Notes: a model not told the origin generated them from the letters alone. A stretch of 64,000 bases of DNA from Nannocystis bainbridge (GCF_028368995.1 NZ_JAQNDL010000003.1:640001-704000); one strand, 5' to 3'; positions 9,524 to 20,493 are shown, counted from the first letter of the stretch. Numbers and translations are program-made.

Positions 9524-10354
9524 CTACTGGCAGCGCGGCGCGGTGAACGTGCCCTCGAGCTGGGGCTTGGTGTCGAAGAACGGGGAGTCGACGTGGCACA
9601 GGCGGCCCACGACCTCCTTGTCGTCGATCGAGATCAGCTCGAAGGTGGCGCTGAAGCTGCCGCCGCCGAACGGGCACAGGTCGGGCCCGTCCACCTCGCC
9701 GGCCTCCATCGCGTGGCCGGTGACGTCGGGCCCGAGCAGGTGGTAGAGGCCGGGCGTCTGGTAGGCCACGGGGATCCGGATCGACACCTGCCAGTTGTTG
9801 CCGCACTCGACGCCGGCGTTCGGGTCGGCGCAGGTGGCCACCTGGTTCGAGAGCCGCACGTGCAGCGTGTTCGGGTCGGACGGCTCGCCGCCGCTGGTGC
9901 CGGAGCTGCCGCCGGTCGGATCGGGATCGGGGGGCACCTGCGCGTCGGTGTAGGCCAGCGCGGCGGCGTCGATCTCGATCGCCTCGCCCTCGCACGGGGT
10001 CGGCTCCGGCGGCACGTCACCCGAGGTGGCCGAGGTGACGGTGCTCGAGGCCGAGGTCATGCCGGTCGGGTCGGCGCCGGTGGTGGCCCCGCTGGTGCCC
10101 GGGTCGGTGTCGCTGTCGGGGTTCGGCCAGGTGGTCGCGCTCGTGCCCGGGCTGCTGGCCGAGCTGCCGCCGCTGGTGGTCAGCGGGTCGCCCTCGGTGG
10201 CGCCGCCGGTCGAGCTGTCGCCGTCAGTGCCGTCGCTGGCACTACCGCTGGAGCTGCTGTCGACGCTGGCGGTGTCGGAGTCGCTGGGCTTCGAGTCGCA
10301 CCCGAGCGCGAGCGCGGCGACGAGGCTGAGGCAGGAGAAGCTGTAAGAACGCAT
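9524..10354 (-). CDS. Lipoprotein with Ser/Thr/Gly-rich linker and Cys-containing C-terminal domain
   Basis: Lipobox ALGC, long S/T/D/G tract, folded C-terminus ending FTAPRC. Confidence 0.8.
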   Translation of the reverse strand: MRSYSFSCLSLVAALALGCDSKPSDSDTASVDSSSSGSASDGTDGDSSTGGATEGDPLTTSGGSSASSPGTSATTWPNPDSDTDPGTSGATTGADPTGMTSASSTVTSATSGDVPPEPTPCEGEAIEIDAAALAYTDAQVPPDPDPTGGSSGTSGGEPSDPNTLHVRLSNQVATCADPNAGVECGNNWQVSIRIPVAYQTPGLYHLLGPDVTGHAMEAGEVDGPDLCPFGGGSFSATFELISIDDKEVVGRLCHVDSPFFDTKPQLEGTFTAPRCQ

Positions 10355-10548
10355 GCGGTGGAGTTAGCACGCGCCGCCACGGCCCGCACCGGGGAAGCCA
10401 CGCGGCTTCGATGTGCGCGCGGCCCATGACAGGTGCGTCGCACGATGACGCGCGCGCGTGTCAGCGGCGATTCGTCGTTCTCCGGCCGCGAGAGCCCGCT
10501 GCACGCGGGCCGGCGCGCGCGAGGGCTCGCCGCGACATGACCTCGATG

Positions 10549-12897
10549 TCAGGGTCCGAGATCGATCTGCAGCGTACCGCCCTGCGCGATGTCGCCGTGC
10601 ACGAGGCGCGGCTGCGCCAGCGGCTGGCCTTGCCAGCTCGCCGAGGCGGACCCGAGCGCGTCGTCGGAGGTCACCGGCGCGACGATCCGCAGGTCGCCGC
10701 CCTCGAGGTGCAAGATCGCCTCGCTGAAGATCGGGCTGCCGAGCAGATAGAAGTCGGTGCCCGCGATCGGGAACACGCCGAGCGCCGCGAACGCGAGCCA
10801 GGCGCTCATCGTCCCGCCGTCGTCGTTGCCGGGCAGGCCCGACGGCGTGTCGCCGTAGCGGTTGCGCAGCACCCATCGCGACCAGCGCGCGCTGCCGGCG
10901 TGATCGCCCAGGGCGCTGAACACGAACGGCGCGTGGATGTCGGGCTCGTTGCCCTGCCAGTAGTATTTCTGCGGCATGAGGCCGAGCACCTCCGCCTCGG
11001 AGTCGACGAAGAACTGCTGCAGCCGGGTCATCGCCGCCGCCGGCCCGCCCATCGCTTCGGCCAGCCCCTCCATGTCGTGCGGCGCGTACCAGGCGTACTG
11101 CAGCGCGTTGCCCTCGGCGTAGTAGTCCTGCCAGATCAGCGGATCGGTCACCGCCACGAACGCGCCGGCCTCGGAGCGCGCGACCAGCAGCTGTTGCGCC
11201 GGGTCCCACACGTTCTTCCAGAAGCCGGCCCGCTCGGCGAACATCGCCGCGTCCTCGGGCTCGCCGAGCACCTCGGCCAGGGTCGCCAGAGCGAAGTCGT
11301 TGTAGGCCGACTCGAGCGTCCACGACGACGAGCTGGCGCCCGCCTCGACCGGGACGTAGCCGAGCTCGATGTACTTGTCGACCGCCATGCGCCCGCCGTA
11401 CGGCGAGCCGGGCGGCACCGGGGCCATCGCCGTCGCGCGCATCGCCGCGTAGGCCGAGGCCAGCCCGATCTCGTCCGGATCGAAGCCCTTGAGGACGCTG
11501 TCGGCGTAGACCACCGTCGCGCTCTCGCCGTCCATGCCGTTGGTGTAGCCGGTGCCCAGCGGCCAGCGCGGCATCCATCCGCCGTCCTCGGCCATCCGCG
11601 TCAGCGAGCGCAGCATGTCGCGCTGGTACTCCGGATAGAGCAGCGTGAGCAGCGGGTGCAGCGTGCGGAACGTGTCCCACAGCGAGAAGTCGGTGTAGTA
11701 CGGCCCGTCGGAGTTGTGGACCGCATCGTCGAGCCCGCGGTAGCTGCCGTCGACGTCGCTGGCCAGCGTCGGCATCAGGAGCGCGTGATAGATGGCGGTG
11801 TAGAACAGCCGGAAATCGCGGCCGCTGTCGCCGCGCACCTGCACGCGCGCGAGCTCGTGCTCCCACGCGGCCTCGGCGGCGCCCCGCGCGGCCTCGAAGT
11901 CGAGCTCCGGCGCCTCGGCGGCGAGGTTCATCGCCGCGTGCTCGGCGTCGACGAACGACAGCCCGACGCCGACGACCACCGGCTCGCCCGGCTCGAAGCG
12001 CAGATAGGCGCCCACCGCCTCGCCCTCCTGCGCGCCCACTCCGGCCTGCGGCTCGCCGTCGTTCCAGCTGCCGAACTCGACGAACGGCCGCGAGGCTCGC
12101 AGCGCGTAGTAGACCTTGACCCCGCCGTGGCGCTCCGAGTAACCGCCGGACACGTGGTGGTGGCCGCGGATCTCCCCGGCCCCGGCGTCGACCTCGACCT
12201 GCCCGCTGACAGTCTCGACGTCGGGCAGCCCGTGCGCGAGATCGAGGATCACCACCGGCTCCTGTCCTTCGGGGAAGGTGAAGCGCTGCAGGCCGACCCG
12301 CGCCGTCGCCGTCAGCTCGGCCGCGATCCCGCCGGCGAGGGTGACCGCGTAGTAGCCGGGGCTGGCCGTCTCCGTGGCCTTGTCGAGCGCGAGCCGATAG
12401 CCGTTCGGTTCGGTCTTGGCGGGGCTCATGCCGAGGCTCGGCATCACCCGCACGGACCCGTAGTCGACGATGCCGGTGCCGTGCATGCGCGTCTGCGAGA
12501 AGCCCTGCACCTCGGTGTCGTCGTAGTGGTAGCCGGCGCAGTGCGAGAAGCCGAGCGCGAAGCCGCCGGCGAGGGTGGTGTCGGGGCCGGGCCGGGCCAG
12601 GCCGAACGGCACCTGCGGACCTGGATACGCGCTCCCGACCCCGTAGCCGGATCCACCGGTGCCGATGAACGGGTTGACGTGCTGGACCAGCGGCGCCGGG
12701 GCGAACATGCCCGGAAGTTCAGGTTCTTCGGGACCTGTCGTCGGGGACAGGCTCGTCGCGTCGCCGGTGCTGCCGGTGGTCGTCACGCCGGTGCCGCCGG
12801 TGGTGCTGCTGCCGCCCTCGCTCTCGGTCGCGCCCGCCGACGGCGAGCCGTTGCAAGCTGCGAGCAAGAACGCGGCAGGGAGCAGACGCGGGAGCAT
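10549..12897 (-). CDS. GH92 family glycoside hydrolase (alpha-1,2-mannosidase-like) lipoprotein
   Basis: VNPFIGTGG, ASPGYY, FSLWDTFR, GNEPD, GNDDGGTMSAW; lipobox LAAC. Confidence 0.93.
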   Translation of the reverse strand: MLPRLLPAAFLLAACNGSPSAGATESEGGSSTTGGTGVTTTGSTGDATSLSPTTGPEEPELPGMFAPAPLVQHVNPFIGTGGSGYGVGSAYPGPQVPFGLARPGPDTTLAGGFALGFSHCAGYHYDDTEVQGFSQTRMHGTGIVDYGSVRVMPSLGMSPAKTEPNGYRLALDKATETASPGYYAVTLAGGIAAELTATARVGLQRFTFPEGQEPVVILDLAHGLPDVETVSGQVEVDAGAGEIRGHHHVSGGYSERHGGVKVYYALRASRPFVEFGSWNDGEPQAGVGAQEGEAVGAYLRFEPGEPVVVGVGLSFVDAEHAAMNLAAEAPELDFEAARGAAEAAWEHELARVQVRGDSGRDFRLFYTAIYHALLMPTLASDVDGSYRGLDDAVHNSDGPYYTDFSLWDTFRTLHPLLTLLYPEYQRDMLRSLTRMAEDGGWMPRWPLGTGYTNGMDGESATVVYADSVLKGFDPDEIGLASAYAAMRATAMAPVPPGSPYGGRMAVDKYIELGYVPVEAGASSSSWTLESAYNDFALATLAEVLGEPEDAAMFAERAGFWKNVWDPAQQLLVARSEAGAFVAVTDPLIWQDYYAEGNALQYAWYAPHDMEGLAEAMGGPAAAMTRLQQFFVDSEAEVLGLMPQKYYWQGNEPDIHAPFVFSALGDHAGSARWSRWVLRNRYGDTPSGLPGNDDGGTMSAWLAFAALGVFPIAGTDFYLLGSPIFSEAILHLEGGDLRIVAPVTSDDALGSASASWQGQPLAQPRLVHGDIAQGGTLQIDLGP

Positions 12898-13154
12898 GAT
12901 CGCATCCTACTCCCGGCCGCGGACCCCGCGCCGGCCGTGAGAGATGAGTTATGCGGGCATGACCCGCCGCCTCTGGATAGCCAGCCGGAGCCGTCGCTCG
13001 CCCGGCTAGCGGGCGACATCACCGATGTCGGGGGTGCCAGGCCACCAACGTCCCGAAACGCGACCGGGAACGCCCGGTCACTCGCGCGAGTGACTCGCCG
13101 TTCCATCGGCGATATGACCTGCCTGCAAGCGCAGGTCGAAGCCCCCGCGGCCGT

Positions 13155-13406
13155 TCACAGCTTCTCGTCGTAGCTGCGCGGCTCGTGATCCATCATCGAT
13201 TTGCAGCCGACGATCTGCGTCACGGGGACGCGGTCGCGGTCGGGAAACAGCACGAAATCCTCGCCCGACTCGGTGACCACGTCGAGCACCTGGGCCTGGA
13301 AGGTCTCGCCGCTGCGCAGCTCGACCTGCACGGGCCGCTTGAAGTGGGCGGACTCTTCGAGCATGTCGAGGAAATCACAACGTCCGGTCGGCTCTGTCTG
13401 CTGCAT
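13155..13406 (-). CDS. rof: Rof-family Rho-binding antiterminator
   Basis: CDFLDMLEE...VELRSGETFQAQVLDVVTESGEDFV resembles E. coli Rof (CDDYDNLEL...LELKDGEKLQAKASD); AGGAG RBS. Confidence 0.7.
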   Translation of the reverse strand: MQQTEPTGRCDFLDMLEESAHFKRPVQVELRSGETFQAQVLDVVTESGEDFVLFPDRDRVPVTQIVGCKSMMDHEPRSYDEKL

Positions 13407-13522
13407 GGGCTCTCCTGCTTCCGCGGTCGCAGAAACCATGGTCGCGCCCGGAGTCGGAGGCAAGCTCGGCCGCCGCACCGCGAGAACGAGCGGGCTTTCA
13501 CCGCACCGCCGACGCGGCGAAC

Positions 13523-13969
13523 TCACCCGCAGATGCCCGGCTCGACCCGCAGCCGCTCGACCAGCAGCTCGGGCAGCTGCGCGAAGGTCCCGGCCGCCAA
13601 CTCTTCCTGCAGCGCCGCGATCGCCCGCGTCGAGGTGAAGCACACCTCGGCCGGGATCTCACCGTGCCACGCGGCGAACTCCATGCCGCGCGTGCCCTCG
13701 GCCCACAGCTCGGCCAGAGTGGCGAACCCCAGCCGCACCAGCGAGTCGCGCATGCCCTCGGCGATCCACGGCGGCTCCTCGGTCACCAGCGACCCGAGCC
13801 CGCTGCGACAGGCGACGCCGTGCAGCAACCACGCGCGGATGAGGTCGCGCTGCGCCGGCGTCATCGCCGAGAAGGTGTCGCGCTGCTGGCTGGCGACCAG
13901 CCACGGATCGATCACGGCCCCCCAGACCTCGTGAAAGCTCGCGCTCCGCAGCCACTCCGCGCTGATCAT
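13523..13969 (-). CDS. Hypothetical protein, weak DMP19/DUF4375-like
   Basis: MTPAQRDL...V..SGL...SLVRLG pattern; ORF with plausible codon use. Confidence 0.5.
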   Translation of the reverse strand: MISAEWLRSASFHEVWGAVIDPWLVASQQRDTFSAMTPAQRDLIRAWLLHGVACRSGLGSLVTEEPPWIAEGMRDSLVRLGFATLAELWAEGTRGMEFAAWHGEIPAEVCFTSTRAIAALQEELAAGTFAQLPELLVERLRVEPGICG

Positions 13970-14134
13970 CCCGGCAGCATGCCACGCCCGCGCGGAGCCG
14001 GACAAGCATGCGAGATTCAGCTCCCGAGCCGAGCCCGTCGAAGGACCAGGCCGCGCCAGTCATGCCCCGAAGAGCCTCCTGGCCCCTCTCCTGGCGTATG
14101 CCTCCCGCATGTCCCAAGAGACAGTGACCGGGGC

Positions 14135-14467
14135 TCACGGCGCCAGCTTGACGTCGGCCTCCACCGCGAACGCGCGGCCCCAGTCGTACAGCGACTGCAG
14201 CACCGTTCGCAGCGACTCGCCCCGCTCGGTCAGCGCGTAGTGCTCGTGACCCGCGACGGCCGAGCGGCAGACCAGGCCGATCTCCTCGAGCTCGCGCAGC
14301 CGCTGCGTCAGCATCTTGTCGCTGAGCCCCACGACCTGGCGCCGCAGCTCGCCGTAGCGCAGCGGACCCTGTTTGAGCCGGGCCAGGAGCACCGTCTTCC
14401 ACTTGCCGCCGAGCACCTCGAGGGCCAGCTCGACCGGACAGCCGAAGGTTCGCGACAGGTCGGTCAC
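14135..14467 (-). CDS. HxlR-family winged-helix regulator
   Basis: CPVELALEVLGGKWK..LRYGEL..SDKMLTQRLRELE..YALTERG. Confidence 0.93.
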   Translation of the reverse strand: MTDLSRTFGCPVELALEVLGGKWKTVLLARLKQGPLRYGELRRQVVGLSDKMLTQRLRELEEIGLVCRSAVAGHEHYALTERGESLRTVLQSLYDWGRAFAVEADVKLAP

Positions 14468-14550
14468 GCCTTCATCATGCCCGTCGCGCCGCGCCCACGC
14501 ACCATCCGGTGCGTTGAACTGCGGCCGCGTCCGAACGATTCTCGGCGCCG

Positions 14551-14859
14551 ATGATCGTCGAGTACATCCGCTACCGCGTGCCCACCGATCCCGCCGCCTT
14601 CGAGGCCGCCTACGCCCGCGCCAGCACCTCCCTGCGCGAGGCCCCGCAGTGCCTGGCCTACGAGCTGACGCGCTGCGAGGAGGCGCCCGACCACTACATC
14701 CTGCGCATCGAGTGGCTATCGACCGAGGCGCACCTGCAGGGCTTCCGCCACGGCCCGCAGTTCGGCCCGTTCTTGAGCGAGATCCGCCCGTACGTCGCCC
14801 AGATCGAAGAGATGCGCCACTACGCCCCGACCGGCCTGACCTGGCGCCGCGACGCCTGA
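14551..14859 (+). CDS. ABM (antibiotic biosynthesis monooxygenase) domain protein
   Basis: MIVEYIRY..FEAAY..YILRIEW.S.EAHLQGFR..EEMRHY; divergent from the HxlR gene. Confidence 0.85.
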   Translation: MIVEYIRYRVPTDPAAFEAAYARASTSLREAPQCLAYELTRCEEAPDHYILRIEWLSTEAHLQGFRHGPQFGPFLSEIRPYVAQIEEMRHYAPTGLTWRRDA

Positions 14860-14952
14860 CGATCGGGACATGCCCCCCGGCGCATCGAGGATCAGGTCAC
14901 CCGCGAGGTGACGACCACCGCAAGATCGTCCAAGTACGTCGCCGGGCGCCGT

Positions 14953-15022
14953 CGTAGGCTCGATCGAACATGCTCGATCGGACATGCCCGATCGAGCATG
15001 CCCGGAAGAACATGTCCCGAGA
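14953..15022. repeat. 14-bp phased array, 4-5 units
   Basis: Cores at 14967, 14981, 14995, 15009, plus a degenerate one at 14953. Confidence 0.9.
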
Positions 15023-15025
15023 CGC

Positions 15026-17143
15026 TCAGCCCGGCCGCGCCCGCTCGCGGCGGGTCGTCAGGCGCCAGCGGACCAGCGACTCGATCAGCAGCAGCAGCGC
15101 CACCAGCAGCACCAGCGGGCGCCAGCGCGGGTAGCGGGCGGCGGCCAGCACCTCGTCGCCTTCGATCTGCGGGCCCGCGACCGTCACCAGCGTCGTGTCG
15201 CTCTCGGCCGGGTCGACCTGCACCGCGAAGCGCAGCGGCGGCTCGTCGTCGCCGCGCTCGACCGTGTAGTGACCCGGCAGCCACGTATCTTTAAAAACGG
15301 CTTCGCCGTGGCCGTCGGGCACCGCTGCCAGCCGCTCGCCGGTCGGCGAGATCACCGTCGCTGGCCGGTCGCCGGGCAAGATCCGCGGCTCGCCGACCCG
15401 CAGCACCGCGCCGGCCGCACCTTGCTGGCTGGCGTCGAGGTACGCCACCAGGCGCTCGACCAGCGGCACGAAACCTGGCCGAAGGGGCAGGTCCGACCAG
15501 TCGCGGTCGATCGACGTGGTCAGCAGGGCCACGCGGCCGCGGCCGTGCGCGCGGGTGACCAGGGCCGGGGCGCCGCTGGTGAAGCTGAGCGCCACGTCGG
15601 ACGCGCGGGCGGCGTCGGGCTCGAGCAGGAACAGGCGACGGGTACGGGCGCCGAGCAGGCCGAGATCGTCGCCGAGCCCGCGCAGGGCCGGGTGGGCCAG
15701 GTTGGCCGGCGCCAGCGCCTCGGTGCGGTTCTCGGTGCGGCCGGGCGCGGTGCCGACGACCAGGGCCTCACGCAGGCGCAGCGGCAGCAGCTCGCCGAGG
15801 CGATCGTTGTAGGCGCTGGCCTCGACTCGCTCGCCGACGGTCACCAGCAGGCCGAGCCCCTCCTCGACGCGCCGGGTCAGCGCCGTCGCGGCGTCGGGGG
15901 CCGGCGCGCGCACGTTGGCGAGCACCACCACGTCGACGCCGGCGAGCGGCCTCGGCTCGCGCAGGCGGGCCTCGAGCTGATCGGGCGCCAGACCGTGCAC
16001 GCGCAGGCGCCGGCCGGGCGCGGCGGCCAGCGCGGTGGCGAGGAAGAACACCTCGTCGTGGGCCCGCATCTCGCTCGGGTCGCCGTTGACGAGCACGATG
16101 TCGAGCTCGTCCTCGCCGGCCAGCCAGAAGTGCCGCACCTCGTCGCCGGGCAGCGGATCGCCCTGCAGCTCGACCAGCGCCAGCGCGGCCGGGCTCGGCC
16201 CGTCGCCGATCAGCGTGTGCGTGAACTCGACCCGCGCCTCACCGGCGAGCGGGACCATGACGTCGGCTCGCGCGACCTCCTCGCCGCCGAGCTGCATCGC
16301 CACCGCCACGCGGCGCAGGTTGTCCGGCTGGACCGGCCCCGGCGCGTGCCGGCGGACCACGCCCCACACCCGCACCGCTCGCGGGTCGAGGTCGCGCGCG
16401 GGCTCCCAGCCGACTGAATCAAGGGACATGTGCTCCGGGACAGGCGGCAGCGCATCGAGGCTGCCGAGCGCCGGCACCGGCAGCACCGGCGTGTCGGGGC
16501 CCGCGGTCTCGGGCAGGCTGCCGAGGCCACGCGCGGTCGGGTCGCCGATGGCGTAGATCGCCCGCCGGCGCCCGCCGGCGTCCGCCCGCAGCAGCGCCGC
16601 CGCGACCGGCAGACCGCCGTCGAGCGGCCACGCCCCGGCCCGCGGCGCCCCGCCGGCCACCCACTCGCCGATCGCCTCGCGCGCGAGCCCGAGGTCGGCC
16701 GACAGCTCGAGCCGCGGACCCGACGGATCGCTGGTGACGAGCCCGACCCGGCTGCCCGGCGGCAACGCGTCGACCACCGCGGCCGCGGCGTCGGCGGCCC
16801 CGTCGAGGGCGCGCATGCCATCTGTCCTCAGGGACATGCTCAAAGAGCCGTCCACCAGCAGGATCGCGTCGTGCGGCTCGCCGAGGACCGCCACGCGCGC
16901 TCGCCCCGAGCTGACCGGCCGCGCCAGCGCCAGCGCCAGCAGGGCCAGCGCGGCCAGCCGCAGCCCGAGCAGCAGGCGGTCGCGCAGGTGCCGGCGCATG
17001 GTCACGACCTCGTCGCCGGTGCGGACGAAGCGGAGCGCGGCGAAGGCGATCTTGCGCGGCTCCTCGCGCCCGCGCAGGTGGGCGGCCAGCGGCGCGGCCA
17101 GGCCGAGCAAGCCGAGCAGCAGGAGCGGCGCCAGCAGGCTCAC
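15026..17143 (-). CDS. BatA-domain / vWA membrane protein
   Basis: N-terminal double-TM BatA motif (P.AAHL..F.ALRF..LRL..LALARP), MIDAS-like DGSLSM, GATase-like middle domain, C-terminal TM. Confidence 0.88.
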   Translation of the reverse strand: MSLLAPLLLLGLLGLAAPLAAHLRGREEPRKIAFAALRFVRTGDEVVTMRRHLRDRLLLGLRLAALALLALALARPVSSGRARVAVLGEPHDAILLVDGSLSMSLRTDGMRALDGAADAAAAVVDALPPGSRVGLVTSDPSGPRLELSADLGLAREAIGEWVAGGAPRAGAWPLDGGLPVAAALLRADAGGRRRAIYAIGDPTARGLGSLPETAGPDTPVLPVPALGSLDALPPVPEHMSLDSVGWEPARDLDPRAVRVWGVVRRHAPGPVQPDNLRRVAVAMQLGGEEVARADVMVPLAGEARVEFTHTLIGDGPSPAALALVELQGDPLPGDEVRHFWLAGEDELDIVLVNGDPSEMRAHDEVFFLATALAAAPGRRLRVHGLAPDQLEARLREPRPLAGVDVVVLANVRAPAPDAATALTRRVEEGLGLLVTVGERVEASAYNDRLGELLPLRLREALVVGTAPGRTENRTEALAPANLAHPALRGLGDDLGLLGARTRRLFLLEPDAARASDVALSFTSGAPALVTRAHGRGRVALLTTSIDRDWSDLPLRPGFVPLVERLVAYLDASQQGAAGAVLRVGEPRILPGDRPATVISPTGERLAAVPDGHGEAVFKDTWLPGHYTVERGDDEPPLRFAVQVDPAESDTTLVTVAGPQIEGDEVLAAARYPRWRPLVLLVALLLLIESLVRWRLTTRRERARPG

Positions 17144-17255
17144 GCGACGGCCTCCGGTTGACGCTCGTCAAACACTCTGTCCCCGAGGACATGCGCCGCC
17201 GATGCGCCGCGCCCCGTCGGGCTCACCCCGCCACGGCTGTCCTCGAAGACAGGCA

Positions 17256-18260
17256 TCACGCCCGCGCCTCCTCCAGCGCCGGCTCGCCTTGCAGCGCCCG
17301 CAGCAGCCCGAGGAAGGCTGCGGTCACCGGCGTGTCGGTGACCACGCGGTGGCACACCAGCCCGCGCGCCAGGCACCCGCCCGCGAACCCGGCCAGATAC
17401 GCGCGCAGTCGCTGCAGGTAGGCCGCGCGCAGGCTGGCGCCCAGGCCCTCGACCTCCGGGCGCGCGCCGCGGACGTCCTCGAGCCGCAGCAGCTCGCGCC
17501 CCGACCACGGGAACTCGAGCTCGTCGCGGTGCAGCACCTGCAACAGCACGACCGCGTGGCCGCGCCCGGCCAGGGCCGCGAGCTCGTCGAGCAGGCCGGC
17601 CTCGGCCGCGGGGAGACCTGGCTCTTCGGGCATGTCCCCCGCGACATGTCCTTCGGAGCAAGGGTCGAGGAAGTCGGACACCAGCACGACCAGGCTGCGC
17701 CGCGGCAGCTGCGGCCCGACCGCGCCGACCAGCCGCGGCCACGGGCAGTTGCCCGCGGGCGGGCGCGCCAGCGCCTCGGCCAGCGCCAGCAGCCGCCGCG
17801 CGCCGCCCTGCGGCCGCACCTGCTGCAGCTCGACGCCGCCCGCCCCGCCGCTGGCCAGGCCGAGCCGGTCGCCCTGGCGCGCGCCCAGGCTGGCCAGCCC
17901 GGCCACCAGCGCCGCCGCGTAGGTCGATTTGCGCTCGGGACCTGTCCCGTAGGACATGCCCCCGGAGCCGTCCAGCAGGAACACCGCCGACAGCACGTCC
18001 TCGGCGTCGTGCTGGCGCAGCACGAAGCGGTCGTCGCGGGCCGCGGCGCGCCAGTCGAGCCGGCGCAGGTCGTCGCCGGCGACGTACGGCCGGTGCCCGC
18101 GGAACACGTCGCCGGAGCCCGCCCGGGCCGCGAGGTGCCGCCCGGGCCGCCCGCCCCACACGGCCTGGCCGACCCGCAGCACCCGCCCGCGCAGCAGCTC
18201 GCGCAGCTCCGGCGGCAGCACGGCGGCGAGGGCGATGTCCGGGTCGGGTCCTGAGGACAT
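17256..18260 (-). CDS. DUF58 domain protein
   Basis: GRH..G.GD.FRGHRPYVAGDDLRRLDWRA..R.D, LDGSGGM, VLVSDFLD. Confidence 0.9.
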   Translation of the reverse strand: MSSGPDPDIALAAVLPPELRELLRGRVLRVGQAVWGGRPGRHLAARAGSGDVFRGHRPYVAGDDLRRLDWRAAARDDRFVLRQHDAEDVLSAVFLLDGSGGMSYGTGPERKSTYAAALVAGLASLGARQGDRLGLASGGAGGVELQQVRPQGGARRLLALAEALARPPAGNCPWPRLVGAVGPQLPRRSLVVLVSDFLDPCSEGHVAGDMPEEPGLPAAEAGLLDELAALAGRGHAVVLLQVLHRDELEFPWSGRELLRLEDVRGARPEVEGLGASLRAAYLQRLRAYLAGFAGGCLARGLVCHRVVTDTPVTAAFLGLLRALQGEPALEEARA

Positions 18261-18493
18261 GGCGGAGAGCTCAGGCCGCGACGGGCGGCAGGTGGCATGT
18301 CCGCGAGGACATGGCGAATGGGACATGCGCGAAAGCGCAGCTCACGAGGGGCCGCTGCGGGGGAGCGTCGGCCTCGCTCGCGGCTGGCCGCGAGGACATG
18401 GCGAAAACGACATGTCCGAAAGAACACTCGCAGGCCGCGCCCGGGAGAGCGGCGGCGGCGGGCGTATCGGACCGTGAGGACATGGCGGGAGGT

Positions 18494-18498
<5 letters not shown>
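18256..18498. repeat. 14-bp phased clusters between the MoxR and DUF58 genes
   Basis: Cores at 18256/18270, 18294/18308/18322, 18395/18409/18423, 18479/18493. Confidence 0.85.
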
Positions 18499-19504
<1,006 letters not shown>

Positions 19505-19524
19505 GGGGCGCGGAGTATAGCGCG

Positions 19525-20493
19525 TCAACGCGGAGCCACCGGCCGCTTCGTCGCGCGCCGGGCCGCGAACAGCTCGCGCGCGCTGGCGACGGTGGCCGCC
19601 CGCTGCACCCAGCGCAACAGCTGGGCTCGCCGCCTGCACTCGGCGATCGTGCGCCGCTGCGTCGCGGTCACGGCGATCGCCCGCGCGTCGAGGATGGCGA
19701 ACAGGGCCTCGTGAAGCCCTGCGAGCTCGCCCTCCTCCTTCGCCTGTCGCGCCTCGCGGCGGGCCCGATGCAGCGGGGCCATGAGCTGGCCGAAGATCGA
19801 GCGCCGATAGAGGTACACGAAGGGGCGGAGCAGTTCTTCGTCGCTCAGGGGCTGCATGGCGTCGACTCCGAGCTCGGCGCGCGCGGCGGCGCCGAGAAAC
19901 ACACGGACGAGATCAGTGTAAAGAGGGCGACGCGCGCTGTCGAGCATGGTCACGCCGGCGAGCGCGGCGCGGCCGATGGCGGCGGCTCGTGGACCGCGGC
20001 CGTGGGCCAGCACCGACAGGACCGCGAGCTCGGGTCGGCGCCTCGCCTCGGGTGCGCGGGTGACTTGCGGGATCTGTTCCGGCCCCAGCACGTCCGGCAC
20101 CAGGATCCAGCGGCCGTCGCCCATGTCGATCGGTCGGCTGCACCAGCGCGCCACCGCCGGCCGGGTCGTCAGCACCAGCAAGCGCACGGGGCATTGCAGC
20201 CGCCGGCGCAGCGACGCCAGGTAGACCGGCCAGACCCACCGCTTGGCCGGGTCGCAGCGCAGCTGCGCCTCGACGACGATCGCCAGCGCTGGCCGACCGC
20301 CCTTGCCGGTCAGCGTCAGCACGAGGTCGGCGCGCACCTCGGCCGGATCGATCTCGGCGAACTCGCCCTCGACCACCTGCACCGCGGTGAATCGCGGCAA
20401 CGGCGCCGCGCAACCCTCACGCAGCAGCGTGGCGACGAGAGGCGGCGCGCGGCGCAGCAGCTCGAGCAGGACGGTGTGCGGGAGCGAGGGCAT
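19525..20493 (-). CDS. Rpn/YhgA-like PD-(D/E)XK nuclease family protein
   Basis: MPS.PH..L, RADLVL...IVVEAQL..D..KRW.WPVY motifs; C-terminal EEG..G..AL..IL.ARAI...L.RW..RA.T..S..ELF helical tail. Confidence 0.75.
   Translation of the reverse strand: MPSLPHTVLLELLRRAPPLVATLLREGCAAPLPRFTAVQVVEGEFAEIDPAEVRADLVLTLTGKGGRPALAIVVEAQLRCDPAKRWVWPVYLASLRRRLQCPVRLLVLTTRPAVARWCSRPIDMGDGRWILVPDVLGPEQIPQVTRAPEARRRPELAVLSVLAHGRGPRAAAIGRAALAGVTMLDSARRPLYTDLVRVFLGAAARAELGVDAMQPLSDEELLRPFVYLYRRSIFGQLMAPLHRARREARQAKEEGELAGLHEALFAILDARAIAVTATQRRTIAECRRRAQLLRWVQRAATVASARELFAARRATKRPVAPR

Noticed and set aside
19525-20493. Calling the Rpn-like gene an IS transposase
   Set aside because: No terminal inverted repeats, target duplications or DDE/HUH motifs are visible.
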